A stretch of DNA of 49,022 bases from Deinococcales bacterium (lineage in GTDB: Bacteria > Deinococcota > Deinococci > Deinococcales > JAAFIG01), in assembly GCA_031414595.1 (NCBI GenBank), contig JANNVX010000105.1, forward strand, positions 1-49,022. Reading direction: 5' to 3'. Numbering within the stretch: position 1 is the first letter of the stretch; the number at the start of each line of letters is the position of its first letter. The notes beneath the pieces are model-generated. The model worked only from the letters and a program-made list of their open reading frames with translations. It ran no database searches and had not been told where the DNA came from. Both the position numbers and the translations under genes were made by a program. Below are positions 17,769 through 28,024 of the stretch, one piece after another.

Positions 17769-20700
17769 TTACGCCAACCACTCTTGGACACTCGAGACCG
17801 CTAAGGCAGACCCGCCCACCTTCTCGAGCGCACTGACTAACCACTGTGCAGCTTCTAACGTCGTATAAAGTGCTGCTCCATGTTCTAAGGCGCGGCGCGA
17901 TAATCTCGAGGCAGTCAAATCTATCAGCAAATCTGGAATGGCTGTGCTGTCGTTACTCGAGGGCAAATGCTCAACGCTGTAGCCTAACTTTCTCAGCCGT
18001 TCCTCGAGTGCCACATTTTGCGTTCCAACCCATAAGACACTGCCCGTCAGTGCCAGTTTGACATTTGCACCCAACTGAGCGCGGTAATACGCCAAAAACG
18101 GGTCTGCATCTATGCCCATGCTTTCGCCTGTGCTTTTCATTTCGGGTCCTAAGACTGGAATCACATCTTTGAATTTAAGGAATGGCAGATGAACTTCTTT
18201 GACACTGTAATGGCTTGGCACAACACTTTGCGTAAATCCAATCGTCTCGAGGCTTTGCCCAACAGCAATTCGGGCGGCGTACTTGGCAAGCGGATGTCCA
18301 ATGGCTTTAGAGACAAATGGCACGGTGCGGCTGGCTCGAGGGTTGGCTTCGAGGATATACAATAAGCCGTTATGCACCGCGTACTGCACATTCATTAAAC
18401 CAAGCACCCCAATCTCGAGGGCAAGGCGTTTGGTGCTGGTATGCACTTCCTTGAGGAGTTCAGCACTTAAATGCACAGGTGGCAGGATACAAGCGCTGTC
18501 GCCAGAGTGAATCCCAGCCGCTTCGATGTGTTCCATCACACCAGCGATTACAGCAGTTTTGCCATCGCAGAGGCAGTCAACATCGAGTTCTAAGGCATTC
18601 TCGAGGAAGGTGTCTAGTAAAATACTTGGGTTGCCTTCGACTGCTGCGTAAACTTCACGCAAGTATGTCTCGAGTTCGCTTTGCGAGTATACGGTTCGCA
18701 TGGCACGCCCACCCAGCACATAACTTGGGCGTGCCATCAGTGGGAAACCGAGTTCTCGAGCCAGTTTCAGGGCTTCGCCGGGGTTACTGGCAACTGCGCC
18801 TTTGGGTTGACGAATGCCGAGTTTATCGCAAAGCAAATTAAACTCGAGCCTGTCCTCGGCAGTATGAATGGATGTTGGTGATGTACCAATAATTGGAGCG
18901 CCAGCCGCCTCGAGTGCCTTAGCCAGTTTAAGTGGGGTTTGCCCACCAAGTTGTACAATCACGCCAATCGGCTTTTCGTGTTCGACAATGTTCATCACGT
19001 CTTCAAAGGTCAGTGGTTCAAAGTACAAACGGTCGGCAGTGTCGTAATCGGTACTAACTGTTTCGGGGTTGGAATTGACCATAATCGTTTCGTAGCCAAG
19101 GTCACGCAATGCCCAGACTGCATGAACCGTGGCGTAATCAAATTCCACACCTTGCCCAATGCGGTTTGGTCCACTGCCTAAAATCATCACTTTTTGCTTG
19201 TCGGTGGCACGAACCTCATCTTCCCATTCAAAACTCGAGTAGTGGTATGGCGTGTGGGCTTCAAATTCGGCGGCGCAAGTGTCCACGGTTTTATAGACTG
19301 GCAGGCACTTTGCACCTTTGCGAAGGGTACGAATCTCGAGTTCGGATTTACTGCACAATTCACCAATTCGGGCATCAGAAATACCAAGGCGTTTGATTTC
19401 ACGCCAAGTTTCGTACTTCCAAGTCTCGAGTGACCCTAGGGTCGGGATTTCTTTTTCGACCTCAATAATTTCTTGTAATTGAAACAAAAACCACGGGTCT
19501 ATCATGGTTTTCTTGTGCAGTTCAGCCACGCTCACGCCACGACCTAACAATTCGAGAATCACCAGAAAACGCTTTGGATTGGCTTCTAGTAATCCCTCGA
19601 GTTGTGCCAAGTTCATGGTTTCAAAGCCTCCTCGGACATCCGACTCGAGCGAGCGCAATGCCTTCATAAACGATTCTTTGAAAGTACGTCCAATTGCCAT
19701 AACTTCGCCAACCGAACGCATTTGGGTGTTTAGACGCTCGGACGTTCCGGGGAATTTCTCAAAAGCAAATCTTGGAATCTTTGTGACCACATAATCAATA
19801 CTCGGTTCAAAACTGGCGGGTGTAACTTTGGTAATATCGTTTGGCAATTCATCCAAGTGATACCCAGCCGCCAGCAGTGCCGCAATTTTCGCAATCGGGA
19901 AACCCGTGGCTTTACTCGCCAAGGCGCTGCTTCTCGAGACCCGAGGGTTCATTTCAATCACCACAATTCGCCCATCTGTTGGGTTAATCGCATACTGGAT
20001 GTTACTGCCGCCCGTGTCCACGCCAATTTCGCGGATGACGGCTAAACTGGCATCCCGAAGGCGCTGATATTCTTTGTCCGACAAGGTTTGTTGCGGTGCA
20101 ACCGTGATGCTGTCGCCGGTATGCACCCCCATTGGGTCAAAGTTCTCGATGCTGGTGATAATTAAAGCCGTGTCATTGGTGTCACGCATCACCTCGAGTT
20201 CAAATTCCTTCCAGCCCAGCACAGATTCTTCGATTAACACCGTGCCAACCGGCGAAAGATGTAAACCACTGGCGACAATCTGCTTAAATTCGGCTTCATC
20301 ATAGGCAATTCCGCCGCCCGTGCCGCCCAAGGTAAAACTCGGACGGATAATCGCAGGATAGCCGACTTCTTTAACAAAGCCCAGTGCTTCATCTAAACTC
20401 GAGACCATCTGCCCTTTGGCGACTTCCAAACCAATTTTTTTCATCGCAACCGCAAATTTTTGGCGGTCTTCACCTTTTTCTATTGCTTCTTTATTTGCGC
20501 CAATCAGTTCCACACCGTACTTCTCGAGAATCCCCGCATCTGCCAGTGCCAAGCTCAGGTTCAGACCCGTTTGCCCACCAAGGGTTGGCAAAATGGCACT
20601 CGGACGCTCTTTAATAATCACTTTCTCGAGAAAATCCAAAGTCAGTGGCTCGAGATAGGTGGCATCGGCAAGTTCAGGGTCGGTCATAATTGTAGCGGGA

Positions 20701-20849
20701 TTAGAATTGACCAGAATCACCCGAAACCCCGCGTTTTTCAGGGCTTTGACGGCTTGTGTGCCAGAGTAGTCAAACTCGGCAGCTTGACCGATTTGAATGG
20801 GACCTGAACCGATGATCAAAATTGTGTGTAAATCAGTGCGTTTTGGCAT
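17769..20849 (-). CDS. carB: Carbamoyl-phosphate synthase large subunit
   Basis: [45 protein letters not shown]; two ATP-grasp halves. Confidence 0.97.
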   Translation of the reverse strand: MPKRTDLHTILIIGSGPIQIGQAAEFDYSGTQAVKALKNAGFRVILVNSNPATIMTDPELADATYLEPLTLDFLEKVIIKERPSAILPTLGGQTGLNLSLALADAGILEKYGVELIGANKEAIEKGEDRQKFAVAMKKIGLEVAKGQMVSSLDEALGFVKEVGYPAIIRPSFTLGGTGGGIAYDEAEFKQIVASGLHLSPVGTVLIEESVLGWKEFELEVMRDTNDTALIITSIENFDPMGVHTGDSITVAPQQTLSDKEYQRLRDASLAVIREIGVDTGGSNIQYAINPTDGRIVVIEMNPRVSRSSALASKATGFPIAKIAALLAAGYHLDELPNDITKVTPASFEPSIDYVVTKIPRFAFEKFPGTSERLNTQMRSVGEVMAIGRTFKESFMKALRSLESDVRGGFETMNLAQLEGLLEANPKRFLVILELLGRGVSVAELHKKTMIDPWFLFQLQEIIEVEKEIPTLGSLETWKYETWREIKRLGISDARIGELCSKSELEIRTLRKGAKCLPVYKTVDTCAAEFEAHTPYHYSSFEWEDEVRATDKQKVMILGSGPNRIGQGVEFDYATVHAVWALRDLGYETIMVNSNPETVSTDYDTADRLYFEPLTFEDVMNIVEHEKPIGVIVQLGGQTPLKLAKALEAAGAPIIGTSPTSIHTAEDRLEFNLLCDKLGIRQPKGAVASNPGEALKLARELGFPLMARPSYVLGGRAMRTVYSQSELETYLREVYAAVEGNPSILLDTFLENALELDVDCLCDGKTAVIAGVMEHIEAAGIHSGDSACILPPVHLSAELLKEVHTSTKRLALEIGVLGLMNVQYAVHNGLLYILEANPRASRTVPFVSKAIGHPLAKYAARIAVGQSLETIGFTQSVVPSHYSVKEVHLPFLKFKDVIPVLGPEMKSTGESMGIDADPFLAYYRAQLGANVKLALTGSVLWVGTQNVALEERLRKLGYSVEHLPSSNDSTAIPDLLIDLTASRLSRRALEHGAALYTTLEAAQWLVSALEKVGGSALAVSSVQEWLA

Positions 20850-20919
20850 AGAAACCTCGAGGGTGGGGCTATGAGCTATGGGCTTTGTTTTTGCTCTTAA
20901 CACCCTGGAGGGTCGAGCG

Positions 20920-20956
20920 AGCGACCATGCCCGTTAGGTGCGCGTTTATGGTCAAG
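20920..20956. repeat. Dispersed hairpin element, copy 1 (carB upstream region)
   Basis: AGCGACCATGCCCGTTAGGTGCGCGTTTATGGTCAAG. Confidence 0.8.
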
Positions 20957-21035
20957 AGAAGCGAGGGGGAGTTCGTGGGAGAATATTTTTTTTGACAATT
21001 TTCTTAAAGTGAAACAATTAAATTTTCTATTAGTT

Positions 21036-21059
21036 GGGCGAGGCGTACCTCGCCCCTAC
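21036..21059 (-). repeat. GTAG-family REP-like palindrome
   Basis: Minus strand GTAG-GGGCGAGG-TACG-CCTCGCCC. Confidence 0.6.
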
Positions 21060-21165
21060 AGTTTTGTATAATTCGTTATTTTTCTGCATAAAAATACGAG
21101 ACCCTTGTAAGAATCTCGAGGTTAAACTTTGTGGATTGTATCATAAATATCTGCTTAGGCAAGGG

Positions 21166-22074
21166 TTAGGGGTTGAGTTCATAAATTTCAGGTTTGAACT
21201 CGAGTTGTTGAATGTATTGTGTATATTCTTCTGGCGTAAGCGGTCGGTTTTTTCCGCTTAGGGCGACAAAGAAGGCTTCCATGACATTGTTGCCAAAGTT
21301 GCGATTGTTCAGTTTTGGGGTGGTGGCAATCAGGCGTTTGAGTCCCGCCACCTTAAATGCCGCCACATCGGTTTCGGTAATCGTTTGGGTTAAAAAAGTT
21401 TTGCCACTTAAATTCTCGGGGGCGTAGCGTTTCACATAATGGGTGTCGCCAGCAATCACTTCTGCCCAATCATAATACTTGGTGCGCCAGTCACGCACAG
21501 CACTTTCTTGTTTTGCGCCAGTTGGGTAAAACCATTCAAAGGGCAAATTCGTAACAATTGGCAAGACAATACTGGCAGTTCGCTCGAGGGCGGCTTCTGA
21601 TTTGATTGGAAAATCCAGACCAATGCCGTAAATAATATCGCCGTACACCATGTCTGCCCCTGCTCGAGCCAGCGCTTGCGCCATACCAAAACGGTCTACC
21701 GCACTGACCATCAGGGTTTTGCGGTTTTGCCAACCAATGATTGGCTCGAGCAGGTCTACTGCCATTCGTTCTAAAGTGTGTTTTAAGCCGCCACCATCCA
21801 CGATTGGCGTGACTTTGGCGTTGGCGGCAATTTTGAGGATGTCCTTAAATTGGTATTTGCGATTTCCAGCCACAATGTTTAAGTCCGTGCCACCTAAGCC
21901 AAAAGCAGCAACTTTGCCGTCTAGGTCACGCAAGAGTTTGGCTGCACCAGCCATACTGCCGTCTGTGCCGATGCGCTCAAGAATAAATTGTTGTCCCAGT
22001 ACCTCGAGTTGGGCAGTGGCATTGCGGCTACTCGAGCCAAGCGAAACACTGACGATACGTTTTGGGGCGGTCAT
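21166..22074 (-). CDS. Conserved protein (family often annotated quinate 5-dehydrogenase)
   Basis: VSVSLGSS.R, ERIGTDG, LDGKV.AFGLGG, PIVDG.GLK.TLER, SAVDRFGMA. Confidence 0.7.
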   Translation of the reverse strand: MTAPKRIVSVSLGSSSRNATAQLEVLGQQFILERIGTDGSMAGAAKLLRDLDGKVAAFGLGGTDLNIVAGNRKYQFKDILKIAANAKVTPIVDGGGLKHTLERMAVDLLEPIIGWQNRKTLMVSAVDRFGMAQALARAGADMVYGDIIYGIGLDFPIKSEAALERTASIVLPIVTNLPFEWFYPTGAKQESAVRDWRTKYYDWAEVIAGDTHYVKRYAPENLSGKTFLTQTITETDVAAFKVAGLKRLIATTPKLNNRNFGNNVMEAFFVALSGKNRPLTPEEYTQYIQQLEFKPEIYELNP

Positions 22075-22206
22075 GGGTGTGATTGTAACATACGTTGTCA
22101 ACGCAGTGTTGATTTGTTTATCTCGTCTCAGACAGCGTTATAGCGTGTGACGCTGATGTCACACCCAATCTGTACACTGTGAATGTACACCCAATTGGAG
22201 GTCATT

Positions 22207-23022
22207 ATGAAAGCAGGTTGGATTTTTGGTTTTGGCATTCTGGTATCGCTCGGCTCGGCTGCATATTTAAGTCTGGCACAAGGACAAACTTCGGTTCGGA
22301 CTTTTCTAGGACAAGGTAAGGTGGTATACGGTGGGTACTTACGGGCTTGGGCGACCACCGAGAACAATAAAGTTACTAAAGTTGGTTTGACTATTCCAAT
22401 GGCAACCATTCGCAATTCGCCCGACACCGTGCCGAACATGGGAGCGGCTGGTCAGAACATGGGTCCTGCTGCGGTTGAAGCTAAACCCAGAGCCGTTCTC
22501 GAGTTTCCGCAAATCGTCAAAGACCAAACTTTTTTTAATCATGTGGATTTCTGGTGGGAAGCCATGGGTCATCCGCCAACCTACATGGTTGGGCATTACG
22601 ACATGCACTTTTTTGGACTGGATTCCAAAACCGTTGCAGCTATAGATTGCACCAATCCTACACAAGCTGATTTTCCTCAGTACGCCAAAGGGTACATTCC
22701 GGCTGTGCCACCGAACGAGAAACCCAAGGATTTTTGTGTACCTCTGATGGGGTATCACTCAATTGATCCCGCCGATCTCGAGCTTGCCCCGGGAATGTTT
22801 GAAAAAACCATGATTCATTCGTTTTATAACGGACGAATGAATTCCTTTGAACCAATGATCACCAAGAAAACCTTGATGAAACAAGCGCCATTTGCGCTGC
22901 CTGTGGGTCAATTTGCTATGGTAGGACGCAAAACCATGTACCCCACAAAATTTATGGCGGTCTTTGATGGTGCTAAACAAGAGTACCGCCTTGAATTTAG
23001 TGGTTTTGAAATGCGTCAATAA
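22207..23022 (+). CDS. Secreted DUF5602-like protein
   Basis: Signal peptide; WEAMGHPP.Y..GHYDMHF, VPLMGYH, EPMIT; RBS GGAGG. Confidence 0.7.
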   Translation: MKAGWIFGFGILVSLGSAAYLSLAQGQTSVRTFLGQGKVVYGGYLRAWATTENNKVTKVGLTIPMATIRNSPDTVPNMGAAGQNMGPAAVEAKPRAVLEFPQIVKDQTFFNHVDFWWEAMGHPPTYMVGHYDMHFFGLDSKTVAAIDCTNPTQADFPQYAKGYIPAVPPNEKPKDFCVPLMGYHSIDPADLELAPGMFEKTMIHSFYNGRMNSFEPMITKKTLMKQAPFALPVGQFAMVGRKTMYPTKFMAVFDGAKQEYRLEFSGFEMRQ

Positions 23023-23028
23023 GAAAAA

Positions 23029-23100
23029 TGAACGCAAACGGGGATGAAGCGACCACGCCCGTCAGGTGCGCGTATGTGGTCAAGAAGTGTTCGCGTTCAA
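23029..23100. repeat. Dispersed hairpin element, copy 2 with outer stem
   Basis: TGAACGCAAAC-gggatgaagcgaccacgcccgtcaggtgcgcgtatgtggtcaagaagt-GTTCGCGTTCA. Confidence 0.85.
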
Positions 23101-23117
23101 AAAGAAGGGGGCTATTT

Positions 23118-23237
23118 TTAAGCTGCGTTTGCAAACCGCAATTTTTCAAAGAAACTCGTGTGAGATTGCGGTTTTTGCTGTATTACCAGTGGCTTAGGGG
23201 CTTGAATCACCCGAGCGCCAAAGAGGGTTAAACCTTG
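23118..23237 (-). pseudogene. 3' remnant of a paralogue of 24236..24529
   Basis: Translates QGLTLFGARVIQAPKPLVIQQKPQSHTSFFEKLRFANAA* versus QGLTPIGARVIKAPTPLVAQQKPQAKRSFFEKFARAA*. Confidence 0.75.
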
Positions 23238-23254
23238 ATGTGCTAATCTATTGT

Positions 23255-24112
23255 ATGACAAACATCAGAAAAAAATCGGTTCTGGCAGTTTTATTCCTAA
23301 CCCTTATGTTCTGCGTTTTTGGCTATTCTGGGGTTGCACAAAATGCCTCAAGTGCCAGCGCTGTCATTCACGCCAAAGGCATCTTTAGGGATAATGGCAA
23401 CAAACAATGGCTCGAGTCAAGTGTCAATGGCAAATCCCGTTTTAATTTTGTGGAAACCAGTCGCAGTAACAATGCCGTATTTCTGCTCGACTCGAGCCGC
23501 AATGTGAAAATCGAACTGAATGTGGTCGAACAAATGATTTATTACTCTGATACCAATAACACCCGAGTTGCCCTCTATCCGATTGTGCTGTATCTGACCT
23601 CGGGTAACAGCAACTATTACCGCATCAGAAGCGGACAAAAGTGCTTACAAGCCGTCGAGCTTGAAGGGCGTGACTTTAGCCCAGAATTGATGGATTGTAC
23701 CCTTTCAGCTTCGCAGCAATGGAATATCCTTGAGCGCAATATTGGTGGTATAACCTCGTACCGTTTGCGTAATTTACTGACCCAAATGCGACAAACAGAC
23801 TTGTGCCTTACAGCCGCCGCCCTTCGGACACCTGTCACGATGAACCGTTGTGATACATCCGATCCACAACGCTGGGTCAATCTAAACTTAAACACCTCAA
23901 CCAGTTTTACCAATGTACGCACCTTAGCTCTCAGCGATACAATTTGTTTGGGGACCCAATACTCAACCAATGGTGCGCCACGTTACCGCCAAGACGAAGA
24001 TGGGATTCTTCAACGAGACACAGAATTCAGAACTCTGTTTATGGCATACTGTGATGAGCGCAGCACTTCGGGCAATAGCAATAATGCTGCTTGGGCAATA
24101 CAACTGCTCTAG
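23255..24112 (+). CDS. Secreted protein with C-terminal ricin-type beta-trefoil lectin domain
   Basis: Signal peptide; KCL..C....QQW, LCL...C....QRW, ICL...C...AAW repeats. Confidence 0.75.
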   Translation: MTNIRKKSVLAVLFLTLMFCVFGYSGVAQNASSASAVIHAKGIFRDNGNKQWLESSVNGKSRFNFVETSRSNNAVFLLDSSRNVKIELNVVEQMIYYSDTNNTRVALYPIVLYLTSGNSNYYRIRSGQKCLQAVELEGRDFSPELMDCTLSASQQWNILERNIGGITSYRLRNLLTQMRQTDLCLTAAALRTPVTMNRCDTSDPQRWVNLNLNTSTSFTNVRTLALSDTICLGTQYSTNGAPRYRQDEDGILQRDTEFRTLFMAYCDERSTSGNSNNAAWAIQLL

Positions 24113-24150
24113 CCAACCAAATTTAGAGACTGCACTTTCTTGAATCAAAA

Positions 24151-24217
24151 AACACAAGCAGGGATGAAGCGACCACGCCCGTCAGGTGCGCGTATGTGGT
24201 CAAGAAGTGCTTGTGTT
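24151..24217. repeat. Dispersed hairpin element, copy 3 with outer stem
   Basis: AACACAAGCA-gggatgaagcgaccacgcccgtcaggtgcgcgtatgtggtcaagaag-TGCTTGTGTT. Confidence 0.85.
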
Positions 24218-24235
24218 CATAAGGAGGGGGCGTTT

Positions 24236-24529
24236 TTAGGCGGCTCGAGCAAATTTTTCAAAGAAACTGCGCTTGGCTTGTGGTTTTTGTTGGGCTACCA
24301 ATGGGGTTGGGGCTTTAATCACTCGAGCGCCAATCGGGGTTAAACCTTGGGCTTTGATGTACTCGAGGGCTGCATTGGCATAAGCGGCGTTTTCTAAGCG
24401 AATGTGCAAGGTCGCATCGCCAATTCGGGCATCTGACCAAAGTTCGGTTTGAATCGCATGTGGGATTTGCAATGGGTTTTTGGGTGTGCCGATAATCTCG
24501 AGAATCAGGTCATTGGGTTGTAATGTCAT
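24236..24529 (-). CDS. Hypothetical protein divergent from lysR
   Basis: 97-aa ORF with RBS GAGGTG; 3' end conserved at protein level in the duplicate at 23118-23237. Confidence 0.7.
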   Translation of the reverse strand: MTLQPNDLILEIIGTPKNPLQIPHAIQTELWSDARIGDATLHIRLENAAYANAALEYIKAQGLTPIGARVIKAPTPLVAQQKPQAKRSFFEKFARAA

Positions 24530-24650
24530 GCTGCTTCACCTCGCTTGGGTTTTGATAGTATTGCCTGTGTTGGCGTTGATGCACCGCTTGCATCTCGAGG
24601 GTTAGTGTAGGCTTCTCGCCAAGAATCAACAAACGAGTTCTTGCAACCAT
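24510..24650 (-). CDS. Possible 46-aa small protein
   Basis: MVARTRLLILGEKPTLTLEMQAVHQRQHRQYYQNPSEVKQHDITTQ*; fills the gap divergent from lysR and overlaps the next start. Confidence 0.3.
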   Translation of the reverse strand: MVARTRLLILGEKPTLTLEMQAVHQRQHRQYYQNPSEVKQHDITTQ

Positions 24651-24710
24651 TTTTGCTTATGTATGCAAGACTTCGATGGATAAACCAAAAATCGTGTATA
24701 TATAAATACA

Positions 24711-25610
24711 ATGCAAACCACCGAAAGCACTTACTCGAGCAAATCAAAAATTACTTTAACCCAACTCAGGGCATTGGTTTCTATTGCTCAGCACGGCAGT
24801 TACTCCGAAGCTGCTTTAGAAACCATGCAATCACAAAGCACCCTGAGCCATGCCATCACCGAACTCGAACGTGGTTTAGACAGTAAACTCTTTGAGCGCG
24901 GACGGCGCGGCGCAAGCCTGACCAACTTAGGGGAGCGTTTACTTGAACATGCCAAAGATGTGATTGGCAGCATCGAAGCCTTAGAACAAGAAGTTCAACT
25001 TGAACAGGCTGGACTCACTGGCACAATCAAAATCATGTCCATTCGCAGTGCCGCCACTTTTATTTTGCCACCGATTATTTTAGGGTTTATGCAGCGTTTT
25101 CCAAATGTCACTTTTGAGTTCTTAGAAGAGGGTGATGACGACAACTCTATCGAAGATTCGGTTCGTTCTGGAAGAGCCGACCTTGGTATTCTCGAGACTC
25201 CATTTGCTGGTGATGGACTGCTGGAATTTGAACTGGCTCGAGACGAATACTTGCTGCTCGAGACAACCAAACGCCGTGCCGCCCGCAGTTGGCAAGAACT
25301 ACAAAAACAACCATTTATCATGTGCATTGGTGGTTGTACCCGAATTATGCGCCAACATCTTGAAGAAAATAATTTTATGCTCGAATCAGCTTTTAAGATA
25401 CGCGAAGACAGCGTAATTCTTGGTATGGTCGCTCAAGGTTTAGGCATCAGCATTTTGCCGCGCCTAGCGATAGAACCCCTACCGGCTGGGATTCGGGCTT
25501 CGCCGTTACCCACCCCACTCGAGCGGGTCATGAGTGTGGTCATGACCCGAAGAAAATTGCGTCAACCTGTGTTGCGTGAATTTGTTAATGCCATCAAAGC
25601 AACGATTTGA
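24711..25610 (+). CDS. LysR-family transcriptional regulator
   Basis: QLRALVSIAQHGSYSEAA...SQSTLSHAITELE..L...LFER; MVAQGLGISILP. Confidence 0.93.
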   Translation: MQTTESTYSSKSKITLTQLRALVSIAQHGSYSEAALETMQSQSTLSHAITELERGLDSKLFERGRRGASLTNLGERLLEHAKDVIGSIEALEQEVQLEQAGLTGTIKIMSIRSAATFILPPIILGFMQRFPNVTFEFLEEGDDDNSIEDSVRSGRADLGILETPFAGDGLLEFELARDEYLLLETTKRRAARSWQELQKQPFIMCIGGCTRIMRQHLEENNFMLESAFKIREDSVILGMVAQGLGISILPRLAIEPLPAGIRASPLPTPLERVMSVVMTRRKLRQPVLREFVNAIKATI

Positions 25611-25626
25611 ACAGGTTTTTGGTGCA

Positions 25627-26601
25627 TCACCACCATTTACGCCATTTGAAATAGACCGCCAAACTAAGTCCAGCCACCAAAAACATTGCCCAAGCAAAAA
25701 TATACCCCCAAGGCTGCTCGAGTTCGGGCATAAACTTAAAATTCATCCCCCAAACACCGGCTAAAAAGGTCAGTGGTAAAAAAATACTGCTCATCGTGGT
25801 CAAGGTTTTCATGACTTCATTCATGCGGTTAGACTGCACACTTAAATGGACATCAAGTAAGCTCGAGAGAATATCACGGCTGGTGTCTAGTCCATCATAA
25901 ATTCGGGTTAGATGGTCGCCAACATCGCGTAAATACATGGCGGCGCTAGGTTCAAGGGCGGTCACATGCCTCGAGAATTGGGCTACGGCTTCTCGCGCCC
26001 CACTGACCAAACGCCGAGCATGAATCATGGTGTGTTTTAGTTCAAAAACCTCGGAAAAAAACTGATTGGTGGCAACTTGACGCGGTGCAAAAACCCGCTC
26101 CTCAAGCGTATCGGTCATGGTTTCAAGTTCATCTAAAAAGGTAAAAAATGTATCTGTGCCACGGTCTAAGAGCGCATATAAGACATCCACGGCTCGGACA
26201 TCGGCGCGGGTCTGAAATTCGTTCCAAACACTTTCTAAGTAAGTGACTGGTTCGTTGCGAATCGTCAGCAATGTTTCTAACTTTGGAAACCAAAAGACAC
26301 TGATTCGTTCGGTGCGGTCAGTCACATCTTCAGGTTCGGCAAGGGTACGAAAAATCAAAAACAGATGGTCAGCGTAGGACTCGAACTTACTCCAATGCCC
26401 CTTCTCGAGGGCATCCTCGAGGGCTAAAGGATTTAAGGTAAACATCGATTTAAGTTTTGCAACCTCATCGCTACTTGGTACTTCAACATCAATCCAAACC
26501 CGTTTTGTCCGCCCCAATGGAATGCCATTACACTGCTCGAGACACTTGACGCGAATGCCGGGATTTGGTGCAAGGACGGGATGTTTAGATTGACTAAGCA
26601 T
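25627..26601 (-). CDS. corA: CorA-family magnesium transporter
   Basis: LNPLALED; NEVMKTLT...FLPLTFLAGVWGMNF..MPEL. Confidence 0.92.
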   Translation of the reverse strand: MLSQSKHPVLAPNPGIRVKCLEQCNGIPLGRTKRVWIDVEVPSSDEVAKLKSMFTLNPLALEDALEKGHWSKFESYADHLFLIFRTLAEPEDVTDRTERISVFWFPKLETLLTIRNEPVTYLESVWNEFQTRADVRAVDVLYALLDRGTDTFFTFLDELETMTDTLEERVFAPRQVATNQFFSEVFELKHTMIHARRLVSGAREAVAQFSRHVTALEPSAAMYLRDVGDHLTRIYDGLDTSRDILSSLLDVHLSVQSNRMNEVMKTLTTMSSIFLPLTFLAGVWGMNFKFMPELEQPWGYIFAWAMFLVAGLSLAVYFKWRKWW

Positions 26602-26629
26602 ATAGAAAACCTCTGGGGGAAAAAAGAAG

Positions 26630-26678
26630 AAGCGACCATCGTGTATATGGTCAAGAAGCGACCGTGTACATGGTCAAG
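26630..26678. repeat. Two tandem short copies (4 and 5) of the hairpin element upstream of corA
   Basis: AAGCGACCATCGTGTATATGGTCAAG followed by AAGCGACCGTGTACATGGTCAAG. Confidence 0.75.
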
Positions 26679-26840
26679 CGTAAGATACTTATAACATAAA
26701 CCGAACTACCCTCTCTTGACCACAAACGTCTAGCAGGATGAGGTAAGGGTTACGACCCGCAGCAACATCCAGCTTTGCGCCAACGCACCACAGCCACTGC
26801 CCAAGAAATCACGACTCGAGAAGGCGTGACAGTCCAAAAG

Positions 26841-26876
26841 CAAACCGAACAACCTTTGTGGGGGATGTTCGGTTTG
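26841..26876. terminator. Hairpin/terminator downstream of the ABC operon
   Basis: caaaccgaaca...tgttcggtttg. Confidence 0.55.
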
Positions 26877-26918
26877 GCTCGAGTAAACGTTTTACTTTAG
26901 AACTTGATGGACGTTAGC

Positions 26919-28016
26919 TTATTTGTACATACTGACTTTTTTCTTGGTTGCCATTTCCCAGACACTGTAATCTACAGTTTTTGCGTCTGGTTTGGTTTTT
27001 AGGACACCCAATTCAACCAGTAAATCAACATTGGCTTTGTAAGTGGCTGGGTCTAGCAAACCAGCGTAGCCTTTAAGGGTCGGACCAGCGTAGTACAGCT
27101 TAGCAATTTCTTTCATCTGCCAAGTTTGGTGGTCACGGGCATCTATCGAGCCGCTGCCATTGCAGGTTTTACCGCATTTTGGCAAAACAATGTCCACGGC
27201 TGCGCCTTGGTTCTGGACACTCCAATTCCAGCCTTTGATGCTGGCTCGCAGCAGACGCGCCGCAACTTCTTTACCACTGACACCAGAACCCTTAAAGTTC
27301 TTTTCAGCGAGGGTTTTTTCTGGGGCGAACATCAAATCCTCGAGCAAGTTAATACCCATGTCTGGCAGCGCCATAACGTTGAGTTTACCCAGTGGGAAAC
27401 CAAGCCCAACAACCTGATTGACTTCGTTGTAGGTCATGGCAGAAACAGCATCTACTTTGTCTGGGAAAACCAAAGCAGGATCAAAGTTAAACGAAATAGC
27501 GGTGATGTCTGGATTGGTGACGCTCGAGTCAAGGCTAGTGGTCATGCCCGCTTTTTTGGCTAAAGCCACAATGGGCAGTTCGTTGCCAAAGGGCCAGACA
27601 CCAACTTTTTTCCCTTTGAGGTCGGCGACGGTTTTAATCCCAGAGTCTTTGAGCGTAACCAAGGTAAAACCAGATTTTTGGAACATCTGGGCGATATGCA
27701 CCACTTTTTGACCTTTTTCGCGGTTGATTAAAAAGTCGGTAATCCAAGTTGTGCCAAAGTCGGCTGCACCAGACAGCACGGCATTGACTGGTGGCGCATC
27801 GCCGGCTGGAACAAGGGTCACATCTAAGCCTTCGTCCTTAAAGTAGCCGCGAGCCACAGCCGCAAAGTACCCAGCAAACTGAGCTTGAGGAAACCATTTG
27901 AGTTGCAACTTGACCGCAATTGGTTTTTTCATCTGGGCTTGGGCGCTACCGACAATTGCAGCCCCAGCCAAACCAGCAGTGAGAAGCGCGGCACTAACCA
28001 AAACAGCTTTCTTCAT
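26919..28016 (-). CDS. ABC transporter substrate-binding protein (NMT1/THI5-like)
   Basis: Signal peptide; LQLKWFPQAQFAGYF.A...GYFKDEGLDV; SAMTYNE. Confidence 0.9.
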   Translation of the reverse strand: MKKAVLVSAALLTAGLAGAAIVGSAQAQMKKPIAVKLQLKWFPQAQFAGYFAAVARGYFKDEGLDVTLVPAGDAPPVNAVLSGAADFGTTWITDFLINREKGQKVVHIAQMFQKSGFTLVTLKDSGIKTVADLKGKKVGVWPFGNELPIVALAKKAGMTTSLDSSVTNPDITAISFNFDPALVFPDKVDAVSAMTYNEVNQVVGLGFPLGKLNVMALPDMGINLLEDLMFAPEKTLAEKNFKGSGVSGKEVAARLLRASIKGWNWSVQNQGAAVDIVLPKCGKTCNGSGSIDARDHQTWQMKEIAKLYYAGPTLKGYAGLLDPATYKANVDLLVELGVLKTKPDAKTVDYSVWEMATKKKVSMYK

Positions 28017-28024
28017 ACATCCTC

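Noticed and set aside
20880-20990. PyrR-binding attenuator upstream of carB
   Set aside because: No AGUCCAGAGAGG-like PyrR loop; the structure is the dispersed repeat
23029-24217. Classical integron attC sites
   Set aside because: AAC/GTT arms are present, but the RYYYAAC/GTTRRRY boxes are not well matched, no integrase is in the window and related cores occur in non-cassette contexts
26679-26700. DdrO/RDRM operator (TTATGTTATAAG on the minus strand)
   Set aside because: Only one half-site fits the 17-bp palindrome and the neighbours are not DNA-repair genes
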